The notes below the pieces were generated by a model. That model was not told the DNA's origin and did not search any database. It worked only from the letters and a program-made list of their open reading frames with translations. The position numbers were made by a program, and so were the translations under genes. Of a DNA stretch of 64,000 nucleotides, positions 49,993 through 62,574 are shown piece by piece. The DNA is from Vicugna vicugna (taxonomy: Eukaryota). Location: assembly GCA_013265495.1 (NCBI GenBank), contig MU061579.1, positions 7,168,124-7,232,123 on the forward strand. The letters are read 5' to 3'. Each line of letters starts with the position of its first letter. The stretch's first letter is position 1.

Positions 49993-51037
49993 GTAAAGTT
50001 GAAAAAATACCTATTCCAAATGGAGGAATTCGTGATTACCATGGAGGCACTTTTAAAGACCGTACATGGATTCAGTACATTTATCCAGCTTGGGGCATGA
50101 CCAGCATTGCCAGGACATTGAGTTTGGAACTGCTTTAATATCATTTAAAAGAACATGAGATCTAGAGTTTTCTTAACTTTTTTTTTGCACAATGTCCAGA
50201 GTATGTTGGGAACACTGCCTTTCTCTGTGGCTGATTTTTGTTTGGATTGAATTTGCATTTCCGCAGAGAACTTCAATGCAAAGAAAAGCTTGGGATTTAG
50301 AAGATGCCTGAAATGACGTCACTGAAAATAAGTCACCCCAGTCACATATATGCTTTTAATTTTGTCCAGATTCTATTTCATAAAAATTTGGGTAACATAA
50401 ATATAATTCTACATAAAATAAAGAGGAAAAATTAACTGATGATTTTGCTTCCTTAACAAGTAAAACTACCTGTATTATGTTAGTTCTATTCCGTATCTGT
50501 GTCTATGTTTATGTATTGATAGATCTAGATACACACATGTAATACATACATAAATTTTATTCCACTATAATCATAATCTGATTTTAAGCTTTGTTTTAAA
50601 AAAAAAAGTCTTATAAGTATCTTTCACACAAGTCCAGGCTGCATATTTATTATTTTAATGACTATAAATATTCTTCTGAGGGGTTGTACCATCAGTTCTT
50701 AGCCACTTATTTTCCTGTCATTGGGCGTTTGTTTTATTTATTGCCTTTTTTGTTTTTTACATTTCATGAACCACTTTGTTCTTTACCTTCTTCCAGCCCC
50801 CTTTCGAGTCTCTTCCTGAGATCTGTGTCCAGTGGTAGAACATTTTTATACCAACTGTATCTGATTTAGACACACAAATATGCTTGAAAGAGTAACTAAT
50901 CATGGAAAGTAAGTTAACGGGAGAATGGAAAGCAGCAGAGCCTGCAGTAGGAAGTATTAATGAAGGCAGTTATTTATAAAGGGATTAATAAATAAAATTG
51001 CTTAATTAACCTGACTGATCATCATTCTCACCCCCAG

Positions 51038-51965
51038 CTATCTCTTTGATCCAGTTCAAGTGCCCTCCCCTGGTTACGTCAACGAAGTAAGCAGCTGCAA
51101 GGTAGATGAAGACGACACTGTCAAATTAAAAGGCAAGCAGAGCAGGGAAGTCCTGGTGCAGAGAAATGACCTTCCGAGCGAGGACGCGAAGACGACCGCG
51201 AGCAGAAGCGGGACGGCCGGTCCGCTGGAGCCCTGCTGGCCGCACGGAGGACCGCTCCTTCAGGGGGACCCCGGAGCGAGTCCCTGTGCCGAGAAGGCTG
51301 GCGGTGCCGTCAATGGCATCGGCCCCACTGCCGCCCTGCAGCTCACTGGGGACCCAGCCCACCCCCAGGGTGACGGGGGCTCCTGGGCCAGTACCGCCAA
51401 CGGGGTTCGCCCGGCCCAGCCCTACCTTGAAGGGGGCAGCGCCAGCGAACCGGACCGTGTGCTGCCGGCCTCAGAGGAGACCCGAGTCAGCCCACCTGGG
51501 GACTCCAGAGCGCCTCCCAAGGCAGAACATCCTGCCCGGGAAGCACAGGACCACGTCCTCCAGATACCCGCCCCGGACTACCCTCGGCGCCGGGGCTCGG
51601 CTGAAGACGACGCTGATCACGGAGAACAGGGTTGTCTTTTCAAGAGCCGCGCTGGGGAGGAGCCCCGGGAGGGCGTTCAGCCCAGGGCGGGGGACCACGG
51701 GATGAATATACCCTTCTCCGTGAAGAGAAGCGGGGATTCATTAAACGAGGCCGCGGCAACTGAAGTTCTAAATGTCTACTTTAAAGAGGAGGATCCAGCT
51801 CAGGACGTGCCTGTGGCTGATTCGAGAAACGGGTTGGAGGAGGGCCCGGGCTCCAGTGGAGACAGGAGCGGGCGGCTGGAGGCGGAGGAGGACGCAGAGG
51901 TGGCCGAAGCCCTTGCTGCGCTGGAAGCAGCGACTGCAGGAGAAGATGTGGACGAGGCCGATTAG
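51038..51965 (+). CDS. C4orf19: C4orf19/PGCKA1 (PDCD10 and GCKIII kinases-associated 1) coding exon 2; spliced CDS 960 nt = 319 aa
   Basis: Acceptor ..ttctcacccccag|c at 51037/51038; open frame to TAG 51963-51965; recognisable motifs YLFDPVQVPSPGYVNE, QIPAPDY, DSLNE and C-terminal DAEVAEALAALEAATAGED. Confidence 0.92.
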
Positions 51966-53139
51966 GGGAGGGGATGTGCGCAGGCATATAAACTGGCGTG
52001 GCCCTGGGGCCTGTGGGATGCGTCTGCTCCTTAGACGCAGAGCGGATAGTCTGCCGCACGCACGCACGGGTGCAGCCTGAACAGGGGTTGACACCCAGCA
52101 TCTGTTCTGATGGCTGCGAGTGCCTGCGTCAGGCCGCGTGCTAAACATGACAGGACCACTGTCTGGATGAGCTATCACTCAGGATACCAGAACGAAAGTC
52201 AGAGTGGGCCACCGTGCTGGGCTGCACAGCATGCGTAGGGATTAAACAGCCTGCTCCCCAGCCCGCAAAGCTCCCCCAGAACATCTGGTGCAGGTGTTCT
52301 TGAGGATGCGCTGAAGTCCCAGCACTTAATCCCACGGTCACAGATTCGCAGAACATTCTGTTTGACTGTAAATTCTTTATCTTGCTTTTGAGAGCCAAAC
52401 GTTATACCCAGCCTGGGAAAGGTAACTCCCACAAAGTGCCTAATGTATCCTCCCCAGAGCATGGCTTACCTTCAGGGACAATCACCCAGGGAACTAATAA
52501 CTAACCACTCGTTGTTGGACAGAGAGTTAAGCTTAGCAGCTGTCAGTGGAGCAGGAGCCACCCATAAACAAATGGTTAGTCATTAGCTGTGATAGCAAGA
52601 CACCTTGACCTTAACTTTTTTACATTATTACTTTTTCATCTCCTTTGGGATTTGGGGGTACAGTCGAAATCGTTCTTTAAACTGTTTATGTCCTATTTGG
52701 GTTTTAAGTTCATGAGATTTGGATGAGCAAAGAGATAGATGGAGTGTTTTGTGCCATGTAACGTCTGATTCTGATTAAAATGTAAGAACACATGTGTCTG
52801 TGTGTCTTAACTAGAATGTGGTTCTAATTTTCCAAGACTGAGCATTAGTGAGCCTTGATGTTTCTTTGAATGTAAAGAGCTAGACTTTTAAATTATAGTT
52901 GAGGAAGAGACTAGGTTGGTTTGCTAAGAATGCTTTGGCTCTCTGGAGTTCTAACTCTTGGTGTCATGACTACATGTACAGATCTTATCTTAAGAATGAA
53001 CAGCTTTCTCTGAGTTTCAGCTTTCTAATTTATAAAAACAAGGACAGCTATTCTGACATGGCTTAATGGAGAATTTAAAGATGGTCAAGACTACCTAGAA
53101 AAATATGAACGTGGACGATGTTTTATTATGTATGGTGTT

Positions 53140-53280
53140 CTGTAACACAGGCTCTGAAATCTGACTGACCTTGGTTGAATTTCCAGCTTTGCCATGTGAC
53201 CTTGGACAAGTATCCTTCTATTTGCCCATCAGTTAAGTGAGAAGAATAATAGTATGTACTTCTAGAAGTTGTCATAATGT
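53140..53280 (+). mobile_element. MIR
   Basis: 'caggctctgaaatctgactgacct.ggttgaat..ccagctttgcca.tgtgaccttggacaagt'. Confidence 0.65.
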
Positions 53281-53545
53281 CATCACTCCATTTTGGTAAT
53301 TATTAAACATAAAACATGATTTCTGAGCCTTCCAACATCTTTAAGGACAACACCCTTACAAATGCTTAACAGACATACATTTCTCTGGGTTTGCTTGATG
53401 ACAAGCCATCACTACATCAAGATCACTTTGAGCCCTTAAAGGATAAACGTTGGCATTGTTAATTGCATTTTTGGTTTGCTTGCTATTGTATTTAGTACAC
53501 CAAATACTTACTGTTTCAGAGTCATTCCTTCAGCAATTTCCAAGT

Positions 53546-54031
53546 GTATCTGTTGGGATTAGGTCCAGCTGCATGTGCTAAATGAGTTATAAAAATAGAG
53601 ATTTATTTATCTCTTACGTGAAAGAAGTCTGGAGGAAGCAGTCCAGGCTGGTAGAGGATTCCACGATATCAGCAACTTACTCTCTTTCTATCATTAGGCT
53701 TCCTTCTCAAGATTACTGTATGGTCCACAATACCTGCTGGGGTTCCAGTCATTACAATTGCTTTCCATGCAGGAAAAAGAATAAAGGGTCAGAAGATCTC
53801 ACTCCTTCTCTATTAAGGACCTTCCAGAGGTATAATTCAATCCTTCTGCATATACCTCATTGGTCAACCAAATCTGGTTACTTGGTCACATCTAGCTACC
53901 AGAAAGGCCAGGAAAACTTACCTTCCTAGCTACGAGCATGACTCTCCCAACTAAATTCAGGATTCAAGTACTGAAAAGGTACGGAGAATGGACATTGAGT
54001 TTTGAGATGGTCTGCTTATGATCTCTGCCAC
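53546..54031 (-). mobile_element. MLT1J-like solo LTR
   Basis: tg...ca ends; 'gaagtctggaggaagcagtccaggctggt', 'tggtcacatctagctac', ends 'tctctgccaca'. Confidence 0.7.
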
Positions 54032-55124
54032 ACCAGGTACTCAAAACACAAAAGCCCGGGGTACAGCCAATTTGCAAGAGGCTGAAAGACATTGTTTACA
54101 TTTAGTCTGACACAGAAGGAATCTAAATCTAAATCTTTGGTTCAAGGAGGAAGGACTGAACAGCAGCAGCCATCCCAGCTTCCCCCTGGCACCTCCAAAA
54201 CAGAAGCATGAAGGAAGAAGAATCAGACAAGAGAAGGGTAAGGTGAGGTATCCACGCAGACAAGTCTCTTTCCCTGGCGCAGAAACATACTTCTGCATTG
54301 AGCTATGTACCTAATTTTACATTTTAGGACTGCTGCATTTAAAGTTCACCATGATGAATAGCTCTCAAGCTCTTAAAGATTCTTTTTGTGCGAATGACTG
54401 CTTTAGAAATGTTAACAGAACACCAAGAATTTCAAGTGTTTTTATTTTGTTTTTTAAAGCAATTCTGGCCCCTTTAGTCTCTAGGCCAATATCTAGGCTC
54501 CTCCAAAGGATGTCAGAGGAAAAGTCAGAATCTTTAGGTTGCAAAAAGACTCCAGATTTTAGCCTTATTCCTCAGGTTATCCAGCAACTGGCCGAGCCCC
54601 CTGATCTGTATAATGTCTTCCATCTGCAGCCTGGTGTCACCCCTAATCAGAAAAGTGATGCTGATAAGAGTGACACTTTTCAAACATTCTGGACAGCTGG
54701 ATAGCTCAGATGCACTCTGAATGTGAGGCGCTGGCTGTGGTTAGCAGTGGGCCTCACCTTCTCCATGATCTTAGCAAAGAGCACCACGTGGATATTTACC
54801 ATCCTAAATCTTGATTTTGATGTAAGATTTTTTCTTTATTACATATGGGTTTCTTGGGCTAAGTAGTTACATTTCAGTTTTAACTGGGGAAAATTGAACT
54901 ATCATATAAATATGAAATTAGATATTTTCCCCAGATTTCCAGAGCAGATGGTAGCATATTGTTATAACTGTCAAACCAGACCCCGCCACGCACACCAAAG
55001 AATGAAAAGAATTTGAGGTTCTTAGCACCTGCGCATTGGTCCACATTCAGTAACTGTTAGCCAGTCACCATTTTCCTCAGTCTTCCTCTGCTGTGGACCC
55101 TACAGGTGAGATTATCTCTTTTCT

Positions 55125-55340
55125 TCTTTCTAATTGAGTTACAGTTGATACACAGTAGTATAAGTCTCAGGTGTACAACATAGTGATTCACAAGTTTATA
55201 CTCTTTTTAAAGTTATTATAAAATATTGGCTGTATTCCTTTGCCATCTAATATATCCTTGTAGCTTATTTATTTTATGCATAGCAGTTCATAACTCTTAT
55301 CTCCTGCTCCTACCTTGCCTCTCCCCACCGCCCTCCACTT
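55125..55340 (-). mobile_element. L1 3' end
   Basis: 'caggtgtacaacatagtgattcac', 'ttattataaaatattggctgtattcc', 'atatccttgtagcttatttattttat'. Confidence 0.8.
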
Positions 55341-58264
55341 CCCTTGCATTTCTTAACTCCTCCATCGGTATCTCTCAGCAGGAGGCCTTAGGAAGAAGGA
55401 CGTAAGCACAGATCTCTGGCTTCCTTAGTTCTGTTATCTGTGTGCAGACGCAGGAATGCAGTCCCTCAGCCTCTGGTCTTGAACTTGGACTTCACTCTTC
55501 ACCAAGCGGAGGCTCCTATTTGTATGAGTCTTCATGATGAAAATGTGGACATTCTTGCTTTCTGTTTATTTTGTTTTTTCTAGATTACTCCTCACTCGTT
55601 TTGAAATCTATTTTACTGCTGGTGATAATTAAACAGAGAAAACTGGCATTTGTTTTTCATGGTAAACACTCTGTTGATTTATGGAAATAAGTTGCTCATT
55701 TTCTAAATTCGTAAGTTTCTCAAATGTGTCAGATTATAGTAGACATATCTAAACTACTGACTTCTGAAGCACCCTCAGCCTCTTTAAGAGACAATATTTT
55801 AGGCAGATTTATTCAATATGCTGATTACAGATGATTCTTACCAGCATATTCAAGTCAGGTGCTTGGAGTTGACTATTAGCAATTTTATGTCAACAAAAGT
55901 GACTATAATCAACAAGTACCTTTCTCCTAGATGGAGGAGAGCGTGTGACACAGGTGAGAACTCAGTACATGATTTGTTCAATGAAGGAATAAAAGCTCTT
56001 CACATATAGTGGAAGAGACACCATGCAGCGAACTAAGATTCTGAATGCTAGTTATGAAATTGGAAAACGTTGTGATCAAGGTACACATGCAGGGCTACGG
56101 GGGCACAGCCTGTGTGGATTTGACGGCGAAGAAATTATACTTATTATTCATGCTCTTCAGACCGCCCTGCTCCATTTGAATAAGGAGGCTGTGTGATGGT
56201 CTGTGGAAAGGTGGGCACAGAGTGGAACTGAGTAGCCAGTGAAGGTTTGGTCTCCATCAGGAGTCCCTGTTTCCCTGAGGACATTACTACCAAATTGAGA
56301 CAAAAACCTTAAAAAAAAAAGTTTGGGACCAAGCTCTGGGAAACCTAGCTGACCACATTTTTCAGTTTGAACTCAATCTTTCAGATCCTGGAGAAGAAGG
56401 AAAAAGGGTATGTATTTGTGACATGAGACTCAGATATCACTTTTCTCTTGGCTCCTCGTGGTAGAAACAGTACCTGGGGGTTGGCTCTGTGGTTAAAACC
56501 TGCAGCCCCGCGTGGTGACCTCCAGGTCTTCCGAGGCTGTAGAATCTCTGAAACTGTCTACATCAGTGGTGTTGATCTTTACACGACGATCATAGGACTA
56601 GGAATTCCTTTTCCTGCCAAGCATGAGGTGGGTCCTAGGCCATCCAGGCCACGTGAGCAGTGAGTGCAAAGTATCCAGAGATTCCTTTCCTCAGCTTTGT
56701 CACCTGTGAAGTGGCAGTGGTGGCTCGGCCTCCCTGGGGCAGGATTGCGACTTACAGGAGGGACAGGGTATCAAGTGCTCAGCGCATCCCCAGCACCAGG
56801 TAAATAATCAATGTTAGATGTGATTCTGTCACCCAGTGAAGGTCATCTCACGTTGGACCACTTTTTATGAGTAGCACTTAACACTTTTTTTAATAACTAA
56901 ATTTGGTTTCTCTGACCACCAAAGCTCTCTGAACCACTTCTAATAATATTGAACAATTTCTAAACTAGATAAGTCCTTTTCTCCCTGCGTCATTAACAAT
57001 CATCTCAAGGCAAACATGCATCTTGGGGGCACTCCATATTTAATATATATTTTGTTCTCATTCTGATTATTTATTCTTATGATTTTCATCATTTGACCAA
57101 TTAACCACACAGTAATTTATGCCTAGTCACAATTTTAAGTCACGCTGTGTTTGAAGTGAATATTTAAGTCATGAAAACTGACCTATTTCTTTCATCCTCC
57201 CTTGTCCCAAATACATTTTTATTAAATAAGATGCCTCTTCAATGCAAGATACAAATCTTGGGTTTGGTAGGCTTGGTTAGTTAGTTTAGAGGGGTTGCTT
57301 TGTTTGGTGTTTTTTGATTTGGTCAATTTTAAGATAGTCATAATAAGCAAACGCATAAATATTGCAATTTGAGTATCATGTTACTATTCCAAGAGCATTT
57401 TCCCTATAATTTCTCAGCTAGAGTTACTTGCAAATAAAAAGAGATCAAGTTCTTTTTAAGACTAGACCACATTCAAGCCTTATCCTAAGAGGGATAAGAT
57501 AAGACAACCACCTGAACACACAGGGAAACAGCACACCCTTTATCTTGTAGATCTGGGCCCATTTAACGTCAGAACAATGAGATAATTCTCTCACGTAAGG
57601 TATCTGACTTGGTTCCAGAAGAATCTCAGGCCCAGAAAGAACCTCAAATGTTCCCTCTTCTACCCGGTCCCTCCTCCTCTCCCATTTCCTCCCACCCCAA
57701 CCCTGGATCCATCCTTGAATGCTAAGTGATGTGACTGTGGCAGAGGCATCAAGAATCCACTCTCAAATGACCAGACTCTCATCACTCTATCATTTATTTC
57801 ACTAAAGACAGTGCGAATTTGGCAACTCTGAGGCAGCTCTGAGTGAGCCCTGGTCCTACTCAGCCCCATGCTAAGTTCACTATCTGTCCAAGCCTGTACA
57901 GTCTTCACGGCCATCCTAAGAGGCACATATCATCTTCACCCTTTAGTTAGAAGATTGAGATCTCAAAAGCTTAAGGTCACAGATGACCAAAGTCATCTGA
58001 ATGCCAAAGTTGTGCTCTTATGGGAGCTGTAATAACCAGCCCTATGGTAAATCAAAGAATGATGGTGAAAGGGAGGTTTTCCTAAGGCAATAAAAGGGAA
58101 AGGGTTTGCAAGAGCATTTCAGAGCAGAAGCCACACCAGGGCCAGGGCACCTGGCTATGGATCCGAGGCAGCACTGGGCAGTTTCAGCCGTAAGACTGGA
58201 CACCTGGCATCACTTATCCCTGTGGCCCTGACACTCCCGTGTGTCCACTTCTCTGAAAGTAATT

Positions 58265-58790
58265 GCATTGGCCCTGGGATATTGTTGTTGCAAATGATAG
58301 AAACTCAACCCAAAGGAGGTAAGATAAAAGTGGAATGTCCCTGGAATGTCCATAAAACTCAAAAGGGCATTAGGGCCTTGGAATCAACTAAATCTGGGTC
58401 TCAACAGCAACCGGGATGGCCTCTCTCCTCTCTGCATGATCCCTTCCTTTCTTCAGATCAGTTTCCTCCACAAGGCAGGAAGCAGGCCTCCAGCATAAGA
58501 AATACATGAAACATTGTGCTGTACACCAGAAATCGACACACTGTAACTGACTATACTTCAATTAAAAAAAGAAAGAAAGAAAAGAAATAAACCACTTTCT
58601 CCAGCTCCAGTTTCAAACACCCCAGGGAGAGGCCCCATTGAGGCCAGGTCACAGTCATGTGCCCACCTCAGTCACATCCAGCTCGGTCAGCAGGGGACCT
58701 GGCTGGGTTCTAAGAAGGAGGAAAATAGTTCTCCGAAGGAGGGAGCACCATTCCAGAAGAGCTGATGGAGTATGAACTGCCCCCTGCACA
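58265..58790 (-). mobile_element. MLT1K-like LTR with a short L1 3' end inserted at ~58505-58590 (+)
   Basis: 'gttgcaaatgatagaaactcaacccaaa', 'gtcatgtgcccacct'; insert 'cattgtgctgtacaccagaaatcgacacactgtaactgactatacttcaattaaaaaaa' flanked by aagaaata repeats. Confidence 0.6.
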
Positions 58791-59109
58791 CGCTACCTCT
58801 ACATCCTCAGCTCTTTCTTCTACCCCTGTACTTCTGCCTCCTCGAAATGTGGATCCTCTTCTATTCTGTGGCTCTTTCATGAGGCTTTGAAATCTAACTG
58901 TGGTTCAGCTTCAGAGCAAGAAGTTTCCTGGCTCAACTCTACCCTTGGACAAAGCTGTGTGTGCTGGACCTCTTACAGGCCACCTTGATCAGCTGTGGTG
59001 GGACAGACACCCACAGACCCCTTACCGGGTAGCTTACCAAGCCTGGCTGCTTACAACGGCAGTGTCCTCTGTCGCGGTGGTCCTGGAGACTTTGCATGCA
59101 TTTTTCTAG

Positions 59110-59262
59110 TGTTTAAAAATCCTGGGAGATAGGTCACTTTACATATGAGGAAACTGCGTCTCAGAAAGTAATTTCCCAGTATCACACGGCAGTGAGTGGC
59201 AGAGCCAGGATTCAAAACCAACAGCAAAGGCCAGGCTAGTTCTCTGAGACCACACTGCTTCT
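59110..59262 (-). mobile_element. MIR
   Basis: 'tttacatatgaggaaactg.gtctcaga...tcacacggcagtgagtggcagagccaggattcaaa'. Confidence 0.7.
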
Positions 59263-60469
59263 CATGGTCACACCACTTCCATGGCAGGATTCAGGGCAAG
59301 GGGTTCCCTCCAAAATGAAACTCAGTTATTCCTACCATCATCAAAGGTCATGCCTGCAGAGAAACAAGTTCCCAGATCAGAACCTGGGGTTTCTTCTGAG
59401 AAAGACAATAGAGACCCACTGGTAGAGTCAGAAAATGGGTTAGGAAAAACCCAAACTGAAATTTTCACACCCATAAAATATCTAATGATATTCTTTCATT
59501 TTTACAGGTAGACTTTTGTTATTTATGTATTCATTAAATAATCATGCGTACATACTTTCTGAACTGAAAGAAGGTACAGCACCAATAATAAATGGCCAAG
59601 AAGCTATGCCATCTGCAGTTCTCACCTTTGGCCGGCAGAGGGCGCACGCGCCAGCTTTGTACAAGGCCGACTACCCGCTGCCGGGACAGCAGCGGAATCA
59701 GTCCGGTGAGCCCTGACACCAGCTGGGCAGCTGCAGAGCGCCGGGGGCACAGAAGTCCCAAGTGCCCTTTCAGGGGTTCGGCGCTCCCATGAGGGACCTC
59801 CAAGAAGATCTGAGAACAGTCCTGAGGAATGGTCCTGGGAAGATGAGGAATGAACGAAGGAAGCCCTGGGTAGAACCTGCCCCACAGACACAAGGGTCAG
59901 AGGATTTAAGAACTGGCAAGGACATCGGGGGCAAAACAGTCTCCTTTGACCGCAGCCCAGCCCTGAGTCGCGGGACCCCCACTTCCAAGCCCCAGCATTC
60001 TGCTGTCGTCCGCTGTCGTCCGCGGGAGGGAAGGGAGGGTCTCTTTACCTTTCCACTAGATCAGATCTGGGCGCAGGAAGCCTAGATATCCAGATTTGAG
60101 AAGGAAGTGCGGGAGCACACAAGGCACGGACAGTCCCTGGCAAATTCCCCAGGACCTGCCGGTGCTGGGGGAGAGCTGACTCCTAGGGAGGAGCCTCGCG
60201 ACGACATCAAAGACTGGCCAACTAAGAACAGCACCTGTCATCCAAGTGACTCCCTTCCCCTGTGAGATCTGGGGACTTCCTAACATCGTCCCTGGTGCAT
60301 TCATTCCGGGGTTCCTGGTTTTCATGAGCTGAAAATTGTAAAAATCACCTTTTCTACCTCCTTAGCCTAAGTTCTTGATCATCTTGTTTTCAAGGCAAAA
60401 TAAATAAATAAAGCAAAAATAAAGACAAAAAACCAACCAGACACACATGAAAATTCAAGGTCAAAATCC

Positions 60470-62390
60470 AGTGAGTCACCACAAACAGTAAAGCCTGCTG
60501 TATATAAATTTTTTAAAAAATTAATAGAGATATGAAGGAAAGATGGAATTCAGGCGATGACAAATGACTCTGCTAAAACTGAATCACATAACCACACCAA
60601 AGGGTAGGGGTGAAGGCGCTGACTTAAGTAACTTTGACAAACGGGCTTCTGCTTAGATTCTCTCAACAGCAACCGGGAAGAATAGTATACAACCAACACT
60701 GTGCTCTAGCTGGAAATCTATTTCCCGCAGGGGTATATATTCAAGCTACTTTATGTATATGTTAAAGTTGACACGTCTGTAAAAATAGTATAGCTAGTAA
60801 GAACCAGTTTTCTTCACTGTAGGAGAAAAAAGTTAAAGAAGGAAAGCTGGAAGGTTCAAGCAAATCGTATGGAGCTAGACTGGGATCAGAGGCATCAGTC
60901 ATGACTCGCGCTTTTTTCCTAAAGATAGCTACAGAAAGCTCTGTGTAAATGTATGGGTGAGTAGTGTGTGTGTGTGTGCGTATATGCGTGCCCAGAAGCA
61001 GTGACACCCCAGGATCAACGAGCACACCTACTGCCCGATCTTCATTTCTAAACACTGTTCTCCAATAAAGGAACCAGGGCTCCTTGAATAGTGCTGGATT
61101 CCAATGCTGAGACAAGGAATATACAAGATGAGAAGATGAGCCTGGAGCATCTTGTGGTTCTCGAAAGTGAGGAAGAGCAAAAGGGAGAAGAAAGAGAGGA
61201 AAGGAGGAAGGAAGGAATAAAGAGGAGCCGTATTGAAAGGACACCGGCCTGGTCCTGAAAGAGCCCCTCCCACAGTAAAAGCAGCTGCAGGCAAGATCCA
61301 CCAGTGGATGGTGTGGTGGGCTGCATTGCGTCCCCTGAAAAGATATGCTGAGGTCCTGACTCCAGGATCCCGTGAATATGGCCATATTTGGAATGAGTCT
61401 TTGCAAATGTAACCAAGTTAAGATGAAGACATACTAGATTGCAGTGGGCTCTAAATCCAATCACTGGTGTCCCCATGAGAAGAGGAGTGGACACAGGCCC
61501 CCAGGCAGGGAAGAGGTCCATGTGGAGACAGAGGCAGACACTGGAGTGAAGCAGCTGTGAAGCAAGGACTACCCACAGCCACCAGAAGGTAGGAGGCATG
61601 GAACCAATTCTCCCTGGGGGACTTCAGAAGGAACCAACCTTGCAGATACCTCAGTTTCAGACCTCTGGCTTCCTAAACTGTGAAAGAATAAATTTCTGTT
61701 GTTTTAGACCACCCAGTTTGCAGCGGTTTTTTACAGGAGCCCCAAGAAACTAACACAGATGATAAAATTAAAGGGTGAAAATTTAAGTGGAAATAGTGCC
61801 TAATCTCAAAGTATCTCCCCCTGAATACTTATCAATAACAGAGGGGGAAACAGTGACTGTACCAGAATGAAAGCTGGTGGCCACCACCTTGACCAAATGA
61901 CATCACTAGTAATACCTACCGACACCATGTCCTCCCCCGCCCTCCCCCAGCATGGAGCAGTTGGAAGGGCATCCTTTTCATAATGCAAATCCTGCATCTA
62001 ATCAGAAGAAACAGCGGCACACTGAGGTTGAAGGACAGTCTACACAGTAACTGACCAGCACACTATAACGCGTCATGACCATGAAAAACAAGAAGAGACT
62101 GAGGGACAAGCACAGATCAGAGGAGATGAAGGAAGCTGACAACTAAATGCAACGGGGAGGGTCCTGGAAAAGAAAAAGGATGTTAGTGGGACATTTGGTG
62201 AGATGGGAATAATGTCGTGACTTAATCCATAGTATTACACTGGTGTTAATTTCTTAGTTTTGATCACTGCTCTGTGGTCACATAAGATGTTAACATAAGG
62301 GAATGCGGTGTGAAGAGTACACAAGAACTCTTTGTGCTGCTTTTGCAAGTCTTCCAAACATCGAAAATTATCTCCAGATTTAAAAAATAA
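60470..62390 (+). mobile_element. L1MC/MD-type 3' UTR, interrupted by an MLT1 LTR
   Basis: 'aacaaccaacactgtgctctag', 'gaaaagaaaaaggatgttagtggga', 'tgttaatttcttagttttgatc..tg', 'tttttgcaagtcttc'. Confidence 0.75.
61312..61757 (+). mobile_element. MLT1C-like solo LTR
   Basis: tg...ca ends; 'ctaaatccaatcactggtgtcc', 'aactgtgaaagaataaatttctgttgtttta', TSD gatgg / gatga. Confidence 0.9.
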
Positions 62391-62574
62391 TCATCAGGGG
62401 GTGGGGGTGGTATTATTCTGGGGGTGAAAATCCAATGAGGAAGGTCAGCCAAATGAGCACTTGACAAGTCAGACTTAAGAAAGCAATCAGGCCCTGTAAT
62501 ACTAAGTTCGGTAAACCATCCTGCCACAATTGTACTTTCAGTACCCGAGGCGCCAACAATTGGATCATTCAAGA

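Noticed and set aside
51166..51705. 179-aa alternative-frame ORF and antisense ORFs overlapping C4orf19
   Set aside because: Expected from stop-codon scarcity in very GC-rich sequence; Arg/Pro-rich with no recognisable domain
51060..51965. Standalone 301-aa single-exon gene starting at 51060
   Set aside because: The start is a GTG (Val) inside an exon; the frame extends to a splice acceptor at 51038 and joins an upstream ATG exon
52240..55995. Specific C4orf19 polyadenylation signal
   Set aside because: Several ATTAAA/AATAAA candidates (~52241, 52774, 53302, 53780, 55988) exist, and I cannot choose between them from sequence alone
60762..61599. 214-aa and 183-aa minus-strand ORFs
   Set aside because: They run antisense through L1 3' UTR and MLT1 LTR sequence; no protein-like signal
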